A stretch of DNA of 64,000 nucleotides from Candidatus Eiseniibacteriota bacterium. Its GTDB lineage: Bacteria > Eisenbacteria > RBG-16-71-46. Position 1 is the stretch's first letter; each line of letters begins with the position of its first letter. The notes below the pieces were generated by a model. That model worked only from the letters and a program-made list of their open reading frames with translations, had not been told where the DNA came from and ran no database searches. Location of the stretch: contig CAVSAC010000014.1 in NCBI GenBank assembly GCA_963725865.1, forward strand, positions 160,001 to 224,000, in the 5' to 3' direction. This document shows positions 52,906 to 64,000 of this stretch, in pieces. Made by a program: the position numbers and the translations under genes.

Positions 52906-54295
52906 CCCGCGCCGCGCCGGCACGCCGATCCCACCAGCGCGCCAGCGTGCCCGCCGCCAGGATCAACACCAGCGGGCGCACCGGCTCGAAATAGCGCGAG
53001 TTGGTGTAGAAGATCGAGAGCGCGACCGCGTTCAACGCCAGCGCCACGACCATCGCTCCCGCCAGCGTCGCGGGCCCCGCGCGCGCCCGCAGCCCGGCCA
53101 GCCCCGCGGGCAGCGCCAGCGCGTAAAGCGCCAGCAGCGCGACGAAGAACCCGAACCGCAGCACCAGGCGATCCTCCGAGACCACGGGCAGGAAGCAGAG
53201 CCGCCAGAACCGCTTCGCCGCGATGGTCGCGCTGCGGCCGAAGTCCGCGCGCCAGTTCGCCAGTCCGGCGTGCAGCAGTGCGCGGTCGACCTCCACCCCG
53301 TCGAGCTCGTGCCCCAGCCGTTGGGCCTCCGCATCGAGCACCCGCCCGCGCAGCCCGGCCCACTTGCGGTTGTCCCACCGGCCATCGGTCTCCGGCGTGG
53401 TGCCCATGTAGAACAGCTCGCCGCCGCCGGTCGACACCGGGATGAAGGCGTGGAACTCGCGCAGGTTGCGCAGGGTCCACGGCGCCAGCACCAGCGCCGC
53501 GCCGAGTCCGAGCGCGAGCAGCCGCGCCAGGTCCGCCCCCAGTGAGCGCCAGCGATGGAACAGCCAGCCCAGCATCAGCCCGGCGAGCGGCGCGAGGCCG
53601 TTGGGGCGCACCAGCGAGGCGACGCCCGCGGCGAGGCCGGTGAGCAGCGCGCGCGCCGCCGACGGGGCCAGCGTGAAGCGCACGAAGGCGGCGACGGTGA
53701 GCGCCACGCACAGCGTGAACAGCGGCTCGGTCTGCATGAAGCGCGCTTCGCGGAAGAACGGCGGCCAGACCAGCACCAGCACGAACGCGATCGCGGCCGC
53801 GGTGCGCGAGCGCATCACGCGCAAGGCCGTCCATGCGGTCAGCAGGGCGGTGCCGCAGTCGAAGATCCCCTGCATCATCACCACCACGGTGCGGCCGGTT
53901 CCGAGCGTGGCGTAGATGCCGGCGAGCGCGAGCGGCCAGCCCGGCGGCTTCCACACCCACGGGCCACCCCGATAGAAGTAGCCGAGGCCGTCGAGCAGAT
54001 TGCGCGCGATCTCGTCGTAGATCGGTTCGTCGCCGGTCAGCGGGACCGGATGCCGCACCGAGGTCCAGAGGGCGAGCATCCGCAGGACCAGCAGCCCCAG
54101 TGCGGCCAGCCACCACCCGCGCGGGATGCGCAGGTGGGCGTCGTCGGGCGCTCCGGCGGTTTGGGACAGATCGGCCTCGCGTGCGGGGTCCGAACACGGT
54201 GGGACGTGGACGGCCTCGGGCGGTGAGGATCGTGGACGTGCGCGGCACCGCCACTGGGCGGCTGCATGATGCGGCAATCGCCCCGCGGCGGACAA
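52892..54295 (-). CDS. GT-C fold (ArnT-like) glycosyltransferase (start uncertain)
   Basis: LTGDEPIYDEIARNL, KPPGWP, TEPLF, LVRP, PWTLRN, SRYFEP. Confidence 0.8.
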   Translation of the reverse strand: MSAAGRLPHHAAAQWRCRARPRSSPPEAVHVPPCSDPAREADLSQTAGAPDDAHLRIPRGWWLAALGLLVLRMLALWTSVRHPVPLTGDEPIYDEIARNLLDGLGYFYRGGPWVWKPPGWPLALAGIYATLGTGRTVVVMMQGIFDCGTALLTAWTALRVMRSRTAAAIAFVLVLVWPPFFREARFMQTEPLFTLCVALTVAAFVRFTLAPSAARALLTGLAAGVASLVRPNGLAPLAGLMLGWLFHRWRSLGADLARLLALGLGAALVLAPWTLRNLREFHAFIPVSTGGGELFYMGTTPETDGRWDNRKWAGLRGRVLDAEAQRLGHELDGVEVDRALLHAGLANWRADFGRSATIAAKRFWRLCFLPVVSEDRLVLRFGFFVALLALYALALPAGLAGLRARAGPATLAGAMVVALALNAVALSIFYTNSRYFEPVRPLVLILAAGTLARWWDRRAGAARVSGS

Positions 54296-54314
54296 GCCGC
54301 CGTCGCCGGCGGCG

Positions 54315-55865
54315 TCAGGGCGTGGGCGTGACCGGCGGCGCCGCGCGCTGGTAGAGCGTGATCCCGGGCGCGATCCACATCGGGCCCAGCCATTCCGCGG
54401 CGGGCGGGCGCGGGAACCGCGCGGCCACGCGGTACGGCCCGTCCGGCGGCGCCGCGTGCACCACGTCCCACCACGCGGCCTTGATCCGGGGATCGCGGAC
54501 CAGCAGGAATGTGTCGATCGACGAGATCGCCACCACGTCCCCGACCGGCGGTTGCAGCCCGCCGAACAGCGTCTTCTCGGTCACGCGGGTGACCTCGTAG
54601 CCGTGCGGCGGCCGCAGGTTGATGTGCCCGTTGCCGGACAGCTCGAGTGTGGCGCCGGCCGGCACGTGGGCGCGGATCCAGCGCTCGGCCGCGAGCCGCG
54701 GGTCGGTCAGCATGAGCCACGACACCAGCGGGCCGCCGCTCATTGCGAGCAGCACCACCAGCGCGGCGAGCGTCGGCCGGCGGCGCGGCGCGTGCGTGAA
54801 TCCCCGCGCGGCCAGCGGAATCGCGAGCACCAGCAGCGGCAGCAGGAAGCGCGGGAACACGTAGCCGACCCGCCCGATGAACCCGCCGGCGTACACCAGC
54901 GCGACGAACGCGCACCAGCCCAGCCCATGCACCGAGACGCGCCGGGCGAGTGCGAGCGCGAGCCCGAGCAGCACCGGCAGGCCGAACGCCAGCGGCGCGT
55001 ACTCGGCGCACTGGAGCGCCAGCCCGGCGAGCCCGCCGGGGGTCAGCGGGTACTTGCGCCCGCCGAGCGCCTCGGCGAACAGGAACTCGTGGTGCGCGCG
55101 CCAGCCGGTGAGATTGAACGGCAGCTGCCACAGCAGCGCGTACGCGAGCAGCGCGGCCGCGCCGACGGCGGCCACGGCGAGCAGGCGGCGCCCGGTGGTG
55201 GCGGGCCGGTGGAAGGCCTTCCAGGCCGCCGCCAGCAGCAGCGGCGCCGCCATCGGGCCGGCCTGCTCCTTCGAGCACACCGCGCACGCCACCGCGGCCG
55301 CCGCGCCCAGCAGCGGCGCCAGCGATGCGCGCCGCGACTCCACCAGCGTGAGCGCGAGGAACAGCCAGAACAACGCGTGCACGTCCACGTTCGAGGTGCG
55401 GCCGTAGAACGCGAACTGGGCCGAGCCCATGAACAGCACCGGCACCACCCAGCCCGCGGTGTTCGGTTCGAAGCGCCGCACGCGCCGCGCCGCCAGCCAC
55501 GCGGTGCCGAGCGCGAGCAGCACGGTGGTGAGCCGGGCGGTCGTCACGAGGATCGCGATCGCGACGTCGGGATGCGCGAAGCCGAACGGATAGATGGGGC
55601 TCGGCGTGCCGAGCTCGCCGGCGAACTTCAGCGCCCCGAGCACCGGCAGGTAGGCGGCGCCCATCAGGTAGTACGGCAGCGGGCCGTACACCGAGTACCA
55701 GCCCGGACCGAAGTGGGCGGCGAGCCCTTTCAGCACCGAGCCGGGCGCGAGGTTGTCGCTGTCCCAGGGAAGAGTGGCGTCCGCGCCCCACCACACCGGC
55801 ACGAGCAGGACCAGCGCGAGCCCCCACCAGGCGAGCGTCGTGCTCCAGGAGCGGCGGTCCGTCAT
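54315..55865 (-). CDS. GT-C fold glycosyltransferase-like membrane protein
   Basis: YGPLPYY, SKEQA, FPRFLLP, AERWIRAHVPAG; multi-TM. Confidence 0.7.
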   Translation of the reverse strand: MTDRRSWSTTLAWWGLALVLLVPVWWGADATLPWDSDNLAPGSVLKGLAAHFGPGWYSVYGPLPYYLMGAAYLPVLGALKFAGELGTPSPIYPFGFAHPDVAIAILVTTARLTTVLLALGTAWLAARRVRRFEPNTAGWVVPVLFMGSAQFAFYGRTSNVDVHALFWLFLALTLVESRRASLAPLLGAAAAVACAVCSKEQAGPMAAPLLLAAAWKAFHRPATTGRRLLAVAAVGAAALLAYALLWQLPFNLTGWRAHHEFLFAEALGGRKYPLTPGGLAGLALQCAEYAPLAFGLPVLLGLALALARRVSVHGLGWCAFVALVYAGGFIGRVGYVFPRFLLPLLVLAIPLAARGFTHAPRRRPTLAALVVLLAMSGGPLVSWLMLTDPRLAAERWIRAHVPAGATLELSGNGHINLRPPHGYEVTRVTEKTLFGGLQPPVGDVVAISSIDTFLLVRDPRIKAAWWDVVHAAPPDGPYRVAARFPRPPAAEWLGPMWIAPGITLYQRAAPPVTPTP

Positions 55866-55889
55866 GTGCGGGTGAAGAGGCGCCGGGCG

Positions 55890-57776
55890 CTAGGGCGTGC
55901 TGCTGAGGTCGGTGACCGCGGCGGGTGGGATGGTGTCGGCCAGCGCGGTCGTCGCGAGCGGCGAGTTGCTGGTCGACGACCAGTTGTTCGCCTCGTCCCG
56001 GGTGCGCAGGGCGAAGTAGTAGGTGGTTCCCGGGGTGAGCCCGAGCACCACGAAGGTCTGCAGCTGTCCCGGCAGCGACGGCGATGGCAGAGGCGAGAGC
56101 GCGGTGGCCGCGGCGAAGTTCGCGCCGGTGATCGGCTGCGTCGAGTAGCGGATGTCGTACGCGGTCGCGACGCCCGACATGCCGTCGTCGCCCGGCGCGG
56201 TCCAGCGGAGCACCACGTTGTTCTCGCCGATCTGCGTGACGGTCAGGTCGCTCGTCGCGGCAGGGGCCGTCTGGTCGCCGGTCTGCGACTGCGACGAGTA
56301 CGCGCCGACGTAGCCGTCCGGCCACGAGGCCAGATAGGCGGGCGAGCCGGTACGCGGTCGCAGGTCGAGGTTGTTCCAGCTCGGCGACGTCAGCTGGGGA
56401 TCGACCCAGGTCGACGCGCAGTCCTTGCCGAAGCCGGTGCACCACGCGGTGCCGGGCCCCACTGCCGAGATGGCGCCGGTCGAGCGGATGTAGACCGCGT
56501 GGGTCGGGTCGTTGCTGGTCGCGTAGACGAGGTTGCTGTCGCACTTCACCGAGGCGACGTCCGGGATGTAGCTGTGCGCGCCCGTCGTGCCGCTCGAGGT
56601 GTAGAACACGTTCGACTTGATGGTCGTGTTGGTGAGATCCGTCTGCTGGGTGTCCCACGCGATCGTGCCCGTGCCGTAGAACGTGTTGTGGCGGAACACC
56701 AGGCTGTCGCCCTTTGGCTCGAACTTGCCCTTGAACGCGAAGACGTTGCCGAAGAACCGATCGCCCCGGGTCGGACTCTGATGGCCGAGCAGGTCGTCGA
56801 TCTTGAACACGCAATCGGTCCACGAGTTGTACCTGCAGGTGCCGGGGAACGCACCCGAGGTCGCGAACTCGGCCTTGACGCCGTTGGTGCTGGTCGGATC
56901 GACCTGGAAGGTGTCGCGCACGAACGCGTTGAACTGCGCCGAATCGCGCTGGTTGAGCACGTAGGGCACGAACGACGCGAGGTTGCGGAGCGTCCACGAA
57001 CAATCGACGAACAGGTTGTCCTTGGTGCGGTAGTTGATCATCCCGTGGGTGTCGGTCGCAGTCGCCAGCACGGCGAGCTGGAAGCGATTCCGGATGAATC
57101 GGTTGTTACGCATGTGGGCGAACGACATCGCGTTCGAACCGCTGCTCGTGGCGCAGCGGAAGACGTTGTCCTGGAACGTGCACCACGCCGTGATCGAGGC
57201 GTTCGCGGTGGTCACGTCGCCGGGGTACACGCCGATCTGGAACTTGTCGGTGTCGTCGCCGGTGCCGACGGCGCAGTTGGCGACCACGCAGTACCACGCG
57301 CCGGTCGCGAACAAGCCGCGCTGGCCGACGCAGGTGAGCACGCTGTCGTACATCGCGCCGTTGCCCGAGCCGTTCGCGGACAGCGAGATGTCGCCGGTCA
57401 CGGTGACGCCCTTGACCGTGACGTAGTCGTTGCCGACCAGGCTGATCTGGTTCGCGACCACGCCCGCCGGCGAACCGAGGTTGCCGATGTAGCTGATCCG
57501 CGCGCCGCTGGTCCCGCTCGCGTTGGGCGCGATCGCGTCGGAGTAGGTGCCGGGATCGATCAGCACGACGTCGCCAGCGACCAGGGTGGAGTTCGCCTTG
57601 CCGATGGTCCTCCACGCGGTGGCCGACGAGGTACCGTTGTTCGTATCGGTTCCGGTCGGCTTGACGTAGTACGTGGCCGCGAGCGCGGGGAACGCGGCGA
57701 GCGCCGCGAGCAAGGCGGCGACGAGCGGGCGGACGATCCGCCGGGCGCTGCGACTGGTCACTACACGGGTCGGCAC
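55890..57776 (-). CDS. Secreted beta-helix protein with C-terminal fibronectin type III domain
   Basis: Signal peptide then ATYYVKPTGTDTNNG..AWRTI..AGDVVLI.PGTY; FN3 LRWTAPGDDG..YDIRYS..GLTPGTTYYFAL. Confidence 0.8.
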   Translation of the reverse strand: MPTRVVTSRSARRIVRPLVAALLAALAAFPALAATYYVKPTGTDTNNGTSSATAWRTIGKANSTLVAGDVVLIDPGTYSDAIAPNASGTSGARISYIGNLGSPAGVVANQISLVGNDYVTVKGVTVTGDISLSANGSGNGAMYDSVLTCVGQRGLFATGAWYCVVANCAVGTGDDTDKFQIGVYPGDVTTANASITAWCTFQDNVFRCATSSGSNAMSFAHMRNNRFIRNRFQLAVLATATDTHGMINYRTKDNLFVDCSWTLRNLASFVPYVLNQRDSAQFNAFVRDTFQVDPTSTNGVKAEFATSGAFPGTCRYNSWTDCVFKIDDLLGHQSPTRGDRFFGNVFAFKGKFEPKGDSLVFRHNTFYGTGTIAWDTQQTDLTNTTIKSNVFYTSSGTTGAHSYIPDVASVKCDSNLVYATSNDPTHAVYIRSTGAISAVGPGTAWCTGFGKDCASTWVDPQLTSPSWNNLDLRPRTGSPAYLASWPDGYVGAYSSQSQTGDQTAPAATSDLTVTQIGENNVVLRWTAPGDDGMSGVATAYDIRYSTQPITGANFAAATALSPLPSPSLPGQLQTFVVLGLTPGTTYYFALRTRDEANNWSSTSNSPLATTALADTIPPAAVTDLSSTP

Positions 57777-57842
57777 ATGGGCCCCCTGGGGTGGCAAGAC
57801 GGCAACTGCCCGAGCGTCGTGGGCAGGGCGAGTCAAAAGCAA

Positions 57843-57857
57843 GCACTACCTGTGCCT
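57843..57857 (-). promoter_or_regulatory. Putative sigma54 (-24/-12) promoter
   Basis: AGGCACAGGTAGTGC: GG-N10-GC with GGCAC core. Confidence 0.45.
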
Positions 57858-58115
57858 GCGCTGGCCGGGGAAGCCAGCGCACAAGTCCTTATTCGGCCAT
57901 GAGAGCGTGGGTGTTGAGCGGTCGCTGGCCGGTGCGGAGACTGCAACCGCGGGCATCTTGCAACAGGTGGCGGCCGGATTGCCATGCGTGAATACACCGA
58001 GAGCGTTCGGAAGTTGCCAAACTGCGGCGGTCCGTCGCCGCCCCGCTGGGCGCTGGACGTGCGGCATGTCGCATCGTAACTTGCGGCCCACCTGCCCGAT
58101 GGCCACGGAGGTCCA

Positions 58116-59444
58116 TTGAACGCCGCCTTCCACCGACTCCTCTACTTCACCGCTCAACGACTCCGCGGTGAACCGGTCGCCGCCACGCTGCGCGAGCTCG
58201 AGAGCAGCCAGCGCTGGCCGCGCGAGCGCCTGATGGCGCAGCAGTGGGCGCGCCAGCGCGCGCTCGCGCGCCACGCGTTCGACACCGTGCCGTGGTATCG
58301 CGAACGCTGGAGCGCGGCGGGGATCACCCCCGACGACCTGCGGACCCCCGCCGACTGGCAGCGCCTGCCCGCGCTCGGCAAGGAGGAGCTGCGCACGAAC
58401 GGCGCGGCGCTGCACTCCACGCGGCCGCTGCCCGGGCTCAAGGCGTCCACTTCGGGCTCGTCGGGCACGCCGATCGCCGTCGAGCGCAGCCACCTGTCGT
58501 GGGCGCACGCGCACGCGAACGTGTTCCGCGGCTGGCGCTGGCACGGCATCCAACCCGGGGAGCGCTACGCCTACCTGTGGGGGCTCGCGCTCGACACCAG
58601 TGGCCGCCGGCAGGCGGCGCTACGCGACTGGTTCTTCAACCGCGAGCGGCAGTCGGCCTTCTCGCTCGGCCCCGAGACCGCGCGCGCGTTCTTCGAGCGG
58701 CTGCGCCGGCACCCGGTGCGCTTCGCGTTCGGCTACCCCTCCGCGGTCACGCACTTCGCCGAGGAGGTGCTGGCGCAGAAGCTCGACGGCCACGCGCTCG
58801 GGATGCGCGCCGTGATCACCACCGCCGAGGTGCTCAAGGCGGAACAGCGCGAGCGCCTGGTGGCCGCGTTCGGGTGCCGCGTGGTGGACACCTACGGGTG
58901 CGCCGAGGCGGGCGTGGCCGGCTTCGAGTGCGAGGCCGGCGGCATGCACGTGCCGGTCGAGTCGGTGGTGGTGGACCTCGTGCCCACCGAGGACGGCCGC
59001 ACCGAGATCCTGCTCACCGACCTGTTCAATCTCACCCAGCCGATCATCCGCTACCGCGTCGGCGACCTGGTGGAAGCCGCGCCCGACAGCTGTCCGTGCG
59101 GACGCACGCTCCCGCTGCTGGGGCGCATCGAGGGCCGCGCCGGGGACTTCCTCACGCTCCCCGATGGGCGCCGCATCAACGGGCTGCTGCCCTATTACAT
59201 CTTCCGGCCGCACGCCAAGAGCGGCGAGGTGCGCGAGTACCAGTTCGTGGAGTTCCCCGACCGGCGCATCGAGCTGCGCGTGCTGCCGGGCGAGAAGTGG
59301 GACGACGCCGCGCGCACCACCATCGAGCGCGAGGTCACCGAGGGACTCGGCGTGCCGGTGAGCCTGCGCGTGGTGGACGCCATCCGACGGCTCGGCCGCG
59401 GCAAGCACCGCGACTTCGTGAAGGCGAGCGACCTCGGCGAATGA
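58116..59444 (+). CDS. Phenylacetate-CoA ligase family (CapK-like) adenylating enzyme
   Basis: TSGSSGTP, GYPS, YGCAE, PIIRYRVGD, CPCGR..IEGR. Confidence 0.85.
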   Translation: MNAAFHRLLYFTAQRLRGEPVAATLRELESSQRWPRERLMAQQWARQRALARHAFDTVPWYRERWSAAGITPDDLRTPADWQRLPALGKEELRTNGAALHSTRPLPGLKASTSGSSGTPIAVERSHLSWAHAHANVFRGWRWHGIQPGERYAYLWGLALDTSGRRQAALRDWFFNRERQSAFSLGPETARAFFERLRRHPVRFAFGYPSAVTHFAEEVLAQKLDGHALGMRAVITTAEVLKAEQRERLVAAFGCRVVDTYGCAEAGVAGFECEAGGMHVPVESVVVDLVPTEDGRTEILLTDLFNLTQPIIRYRVGDLVEAAPDSCPCGRTLPLLGRIEGRAGDFLTLPDGRRINGLLPYYIFRPHAKSGEVREYQFVEFPDRRIELRVLPGEKWDDAARTTIEREVTEGLGVPVSLRVVDAIRRLGRGKHRDFVKASDLGE

Positions 59445-59460
59445 CCGGCCGCGGGCGCGC

Positions 59461-60483
59461 CTAGGCGTGGGCCCCGGCCTTCGCCCGGCGCGACTTCACC
59501 AGCTCGGCCACGCGGGCGCGGATCTCGCGCGCGCCCGCCGTGAGGCGGTTCTGCACCATCCAACGCCCGCCGCCGCCGAGCCACAGGTGCATCGCGCAGC
59601 GCTCCCCGCCCAGCTCCTTCTTGAACGTGGTCACCCCGCCCCAGTTCATCCAGCGCATGCCGCGCTCACGCCCGCGCCGCAGCGCTTCCCATGCGAGCGC
59701 GCCGTTGGCACCGCCCTTCATGGCCTCGAGCGTGGACGCGTTGGTGCGGTAGTCGATCATGCCCGAGGGCGCGATCCCGAACCCCGAGCCGGCCTCCACC
59801 ACGCCCTCGCGCTCAGCCACCAGCAGCCACATCCACGGATGCTCCCACTCGCGCCACGCCTCGCCCGGCGCCGCGCGCTCGGGGATCGGCGGGAGCTTCT
59901 CGCCGCGCCGCGCCTCGGTCTCGGCCTGGAGCAGCGCGAACGCGCGGAACTGCTCCGGCGTGGTGGCGTCGACGATCGTGTAGCCCGCCTTCACCGCCTG
60001 CTTCACGTTGCGCCGCTTGTTGGTGTCCATGCTCTTGAGGAGCGCGTCCTCGGCCGGCGCGAGGTCCTTGATGAGCGTGGCGCCCGCGACGAACGACGGG
60101 ATACCGCGCCCCGCGGGGGACGGCAGATAGAGCATCAGGCGGCGGCGCTTGGCGAGCGCGTGTGCCTGCTCGTACACCCAGCGCGCGTCCTCGGCCGCGA
60201 ACACCAGCGGCGCGCCGGCGGCGCGCTCGAACGCCACCTGCCAGCGCCACGGCCAGCCGCACACCAGTCCTTCGCGCGTGTCGCGCAGGAGCAGCGCCGC
60301 GCGACGCCCATCCGCCTCGACGAGCGCGGCCAGCGCGTGGCGGCCGTGAGCGGCCTCCCAGAGCAGGTGAGCGGTGACCAGGCTGTAGTTGGAGTGACCG
60401 GAGGTCGCCAGGCGGGCGCTCCAGGCGGATTCGAATCCGGACGGCGGCGCTTCGTGGGTGTCCCAGACGCTAACGCTCATCAT
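59461..60483 (-). CDS. FemAB-like GNAT acyltransferase
   Basis: NKRRNVKQAVKAG, ANGALAWEAL, NWGGVTTFKKELGG. Confidence 0.72.
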   Translation of the reverse strand: MMSVSVWDTHEAPPSGFESAWSARLATSGHSNYSLVTAHLLWEAAHGRHALAALVEADGRRAALLLRDTREGLVCGWPWRWQVAFERAAGAPLVFAAEDARWVYEQAHALAKRRRLMLYLPSPAGRGIPSFVAGATLIKDLAPAEDALLKSMDTNKRRNVKQAVKAGYTIVDATTPEQFRAFALLQAETEARRGEKLPPIPERAAPGEAWREWEHPWMWLLVAEREGVVEAGSGFGIAPSGMIDYRTNASTLEAMKGGANGALAWEALRRGRERGMRWMNWGGVTTFKKELGGERCAMHLWLGGGGRWMVQNRLTAGAREIRARVAELVKSRRAKAGAHA

Positions 60484-60550
60484 CCCTCGCAGGTGGGCGG
60501 GCTGTGCGCATCCGTCATCGGCACGACGGCGCGAGGCCTGAAGTGCGCGC

Positions 60551-60579
60551 AGACTAACGGCGCGGGACGGAGGCGGCAA
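60551..60579 (-). promoter_or_regulatory. Putative sigma70-type promoter of the GNAT gene
   Basis: TTGCCG-N17-TAGTCT. Confidence 0.5.
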
Positions 60580-60619
60580 CACCGCCGGTGGCCGCGAGTG
60601 CCAGGAGCGTGGACGCTCC

Positions 60620-61684
60620 TCAACGCGGGGCGGCGGTGGAGGCGCCCCAGCCCAGCGTGATGACCTCGAAATCGTCCGCCGTGAGCGCGGCGAAGGCGGG
60701 GTTGAGCACGTCGTTGTCCCAGCGCGGATCCATCGTGCCCGAGACGTAGAGGTCGGTGCCGTTATCCGCCACGATCAGCCCGTGGGTCTTCATCGCGCGG
60801 AAGATACGCTGCACCGGCGCCGGGTAGCCCGAGAGGTCCTTCGACGCCTTGAGCCGCAGGCGCGCGCCCATCGGCAGAGCGCCGGCGGTGGTGCCCGCCT
60901 CGTGCGAGGCGGGCCACACGTACCCGTCGGTCGCGCGCACCGTCACTCGGAACGCGTGCGCGATCTCGGCGCTGCCGTACGCCTCGTCGTAGCGCACCAG
61001 CCCGGGCAGGATGGCGAGCCCCGCGGCGTCGGCCGAGGTCCAGCCGTCGGGCCGTCGCGCGTTCGAGGTCAGGTCGAACGCCGCCCCCGAGCCCGCCTCC
61101 CAGCGCGCGAGCGAAGTGTTCCAGCGCGTGGCCCAGGTCTCGAACAGCAGGTGATGGTCGCGGTCGACGATCAGCAGGTGGCGATCCCCGCTCGATCCGC
61201 CGCCCGCGACGCCGCCTTCGATCCAGTGCGCCTGGCTGCGCGCGGCGCCCGGCACCGGGAAGCCCGCTGGCCGGCCCGGCGCCCCCGCGTCGCTCTGCGA
61301 GCCGTAGAGCACGTACGTCATCGCGCTCAACGCCTGCGACCCCGGCACGACCGCGAACGGGATGCCGTAGGGCGGTGGTCCGAAGTCCGGGTGCCCGCGG
61401 CGCACCGCGGTGGTATTGCCGCCCACGCGTCCGCTCACGAAGTCGATGTAGGCGTCCGACGCCGGATCGACCGGCGCGCCCGAGATGTCCACGTTCCACC
61501 AGTTGTCGGACGGGAACAACGCGATGCCCGCGAGGTCGCCGAGCAGTTGCGCGCTGTCGGGCGGCGCCGCCGGCGGCGGCGCGCTGCCCGGCGCGGTCGG
61601 CGCGGAGCCGCTCGAGCCGCAGCCGGAGGCGAGCAGGGCCGCCAGCAGGACGAGGGCCGCGAGGGACGAGACGCGGGTGGTCAT
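60620..61684 (-). CDS. Hypothetical lipoprotein
   Basis: Lipobox LASGC; FPSDNWWN, GDRHLL, WTSADAAGL..LPGLVRYDE, YVWPASH, GLIVADNG. Confidence 0.75.
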   Translation of the reverse strand: MTTRVSSLAALVLLAALLASGCGSSGSAPTAPGSAPPPAAPPDSAQLLGDLAGIALFPSDNWWNVDISGAPVDPASDAYIDFVSGRVGGNTTAVRRGHPDFGPPPYGIPFAVVPGSQALSAMTYVLYGSQSDAGAPGRPAGFPVPGAARSQAHWIEGGVAGGGSSGDRHLLIVDRDHHLLFETWATRWNTSLARWEAGSGAAFDLTSNARRPDGWTSADAAGLAILPGLVRYDEAYGSAEIAHAFRVTVRATDGYVWPASHEAGTTAGALPMGARLRLKASKDLSGYPAPVQRIFRAMKTHGLIVADNGTDLYVSGTMDPRWDNDVLNPAFAALTADDFEVITLGWGASTAAPR

Positions 61685-61775
61685 ACGCCTGGAGGATCCA
61701 GCACGAAGCGTTCCCGTCTCCACCCGTCGGACACCGGAGGCGGGCGGAACCGCTCCCGCCCCGCCCGCGGGCCGG

Positions 61776-64000
<2,225 letters not shown>

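Overview
A very GC-rich bacterial chromosomal window. Several secreted proteins carry a T9SS/FlgD-like C-terminal domain, which suggests an FCB-group organism such as Ca. Eisenbacteria (inference only). Most genes are on the minus strand. The housekeeping backbone is clpB ... tRNA-Lys, vanZ-hisS-aspS ... phoH-7TM-HD-ybeY ... DUF502 ... recO-glyQ. It is interleaved with accessory blocks: leucine/acyl-CoA catabolism genes, five GT-C (ArnT/PMT-like) glycosyltransferases, a wHTH-creD-uppS module with visible operator boxes, an ECF sigma/anti-sigma/DUF4097 module with visible ECF promoters, a glucose dehydrogenase-GH63 pair, a 3.5 kb integrase-less islet at tRNA-Lys, and a PtsN-like gene followed by three degenerate complex-I-like membrane subunits. 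The best novelty candidate is an exported tandem YHS-like protein (18237-18716) whose signal peptide is joined to the domain through an in-frame TGA followed by a bacterial-SECIS-like hairpin, i.e. a candidate selenoprotein that the ORF track truncates. Other leads are a structured ~190 nt phoH leader RNA and the antiporter-like module lacking redox partners. At least four frameshifts look like single-base sequencing indels. All assignments come from reading the sequence by eye; no searches were run.
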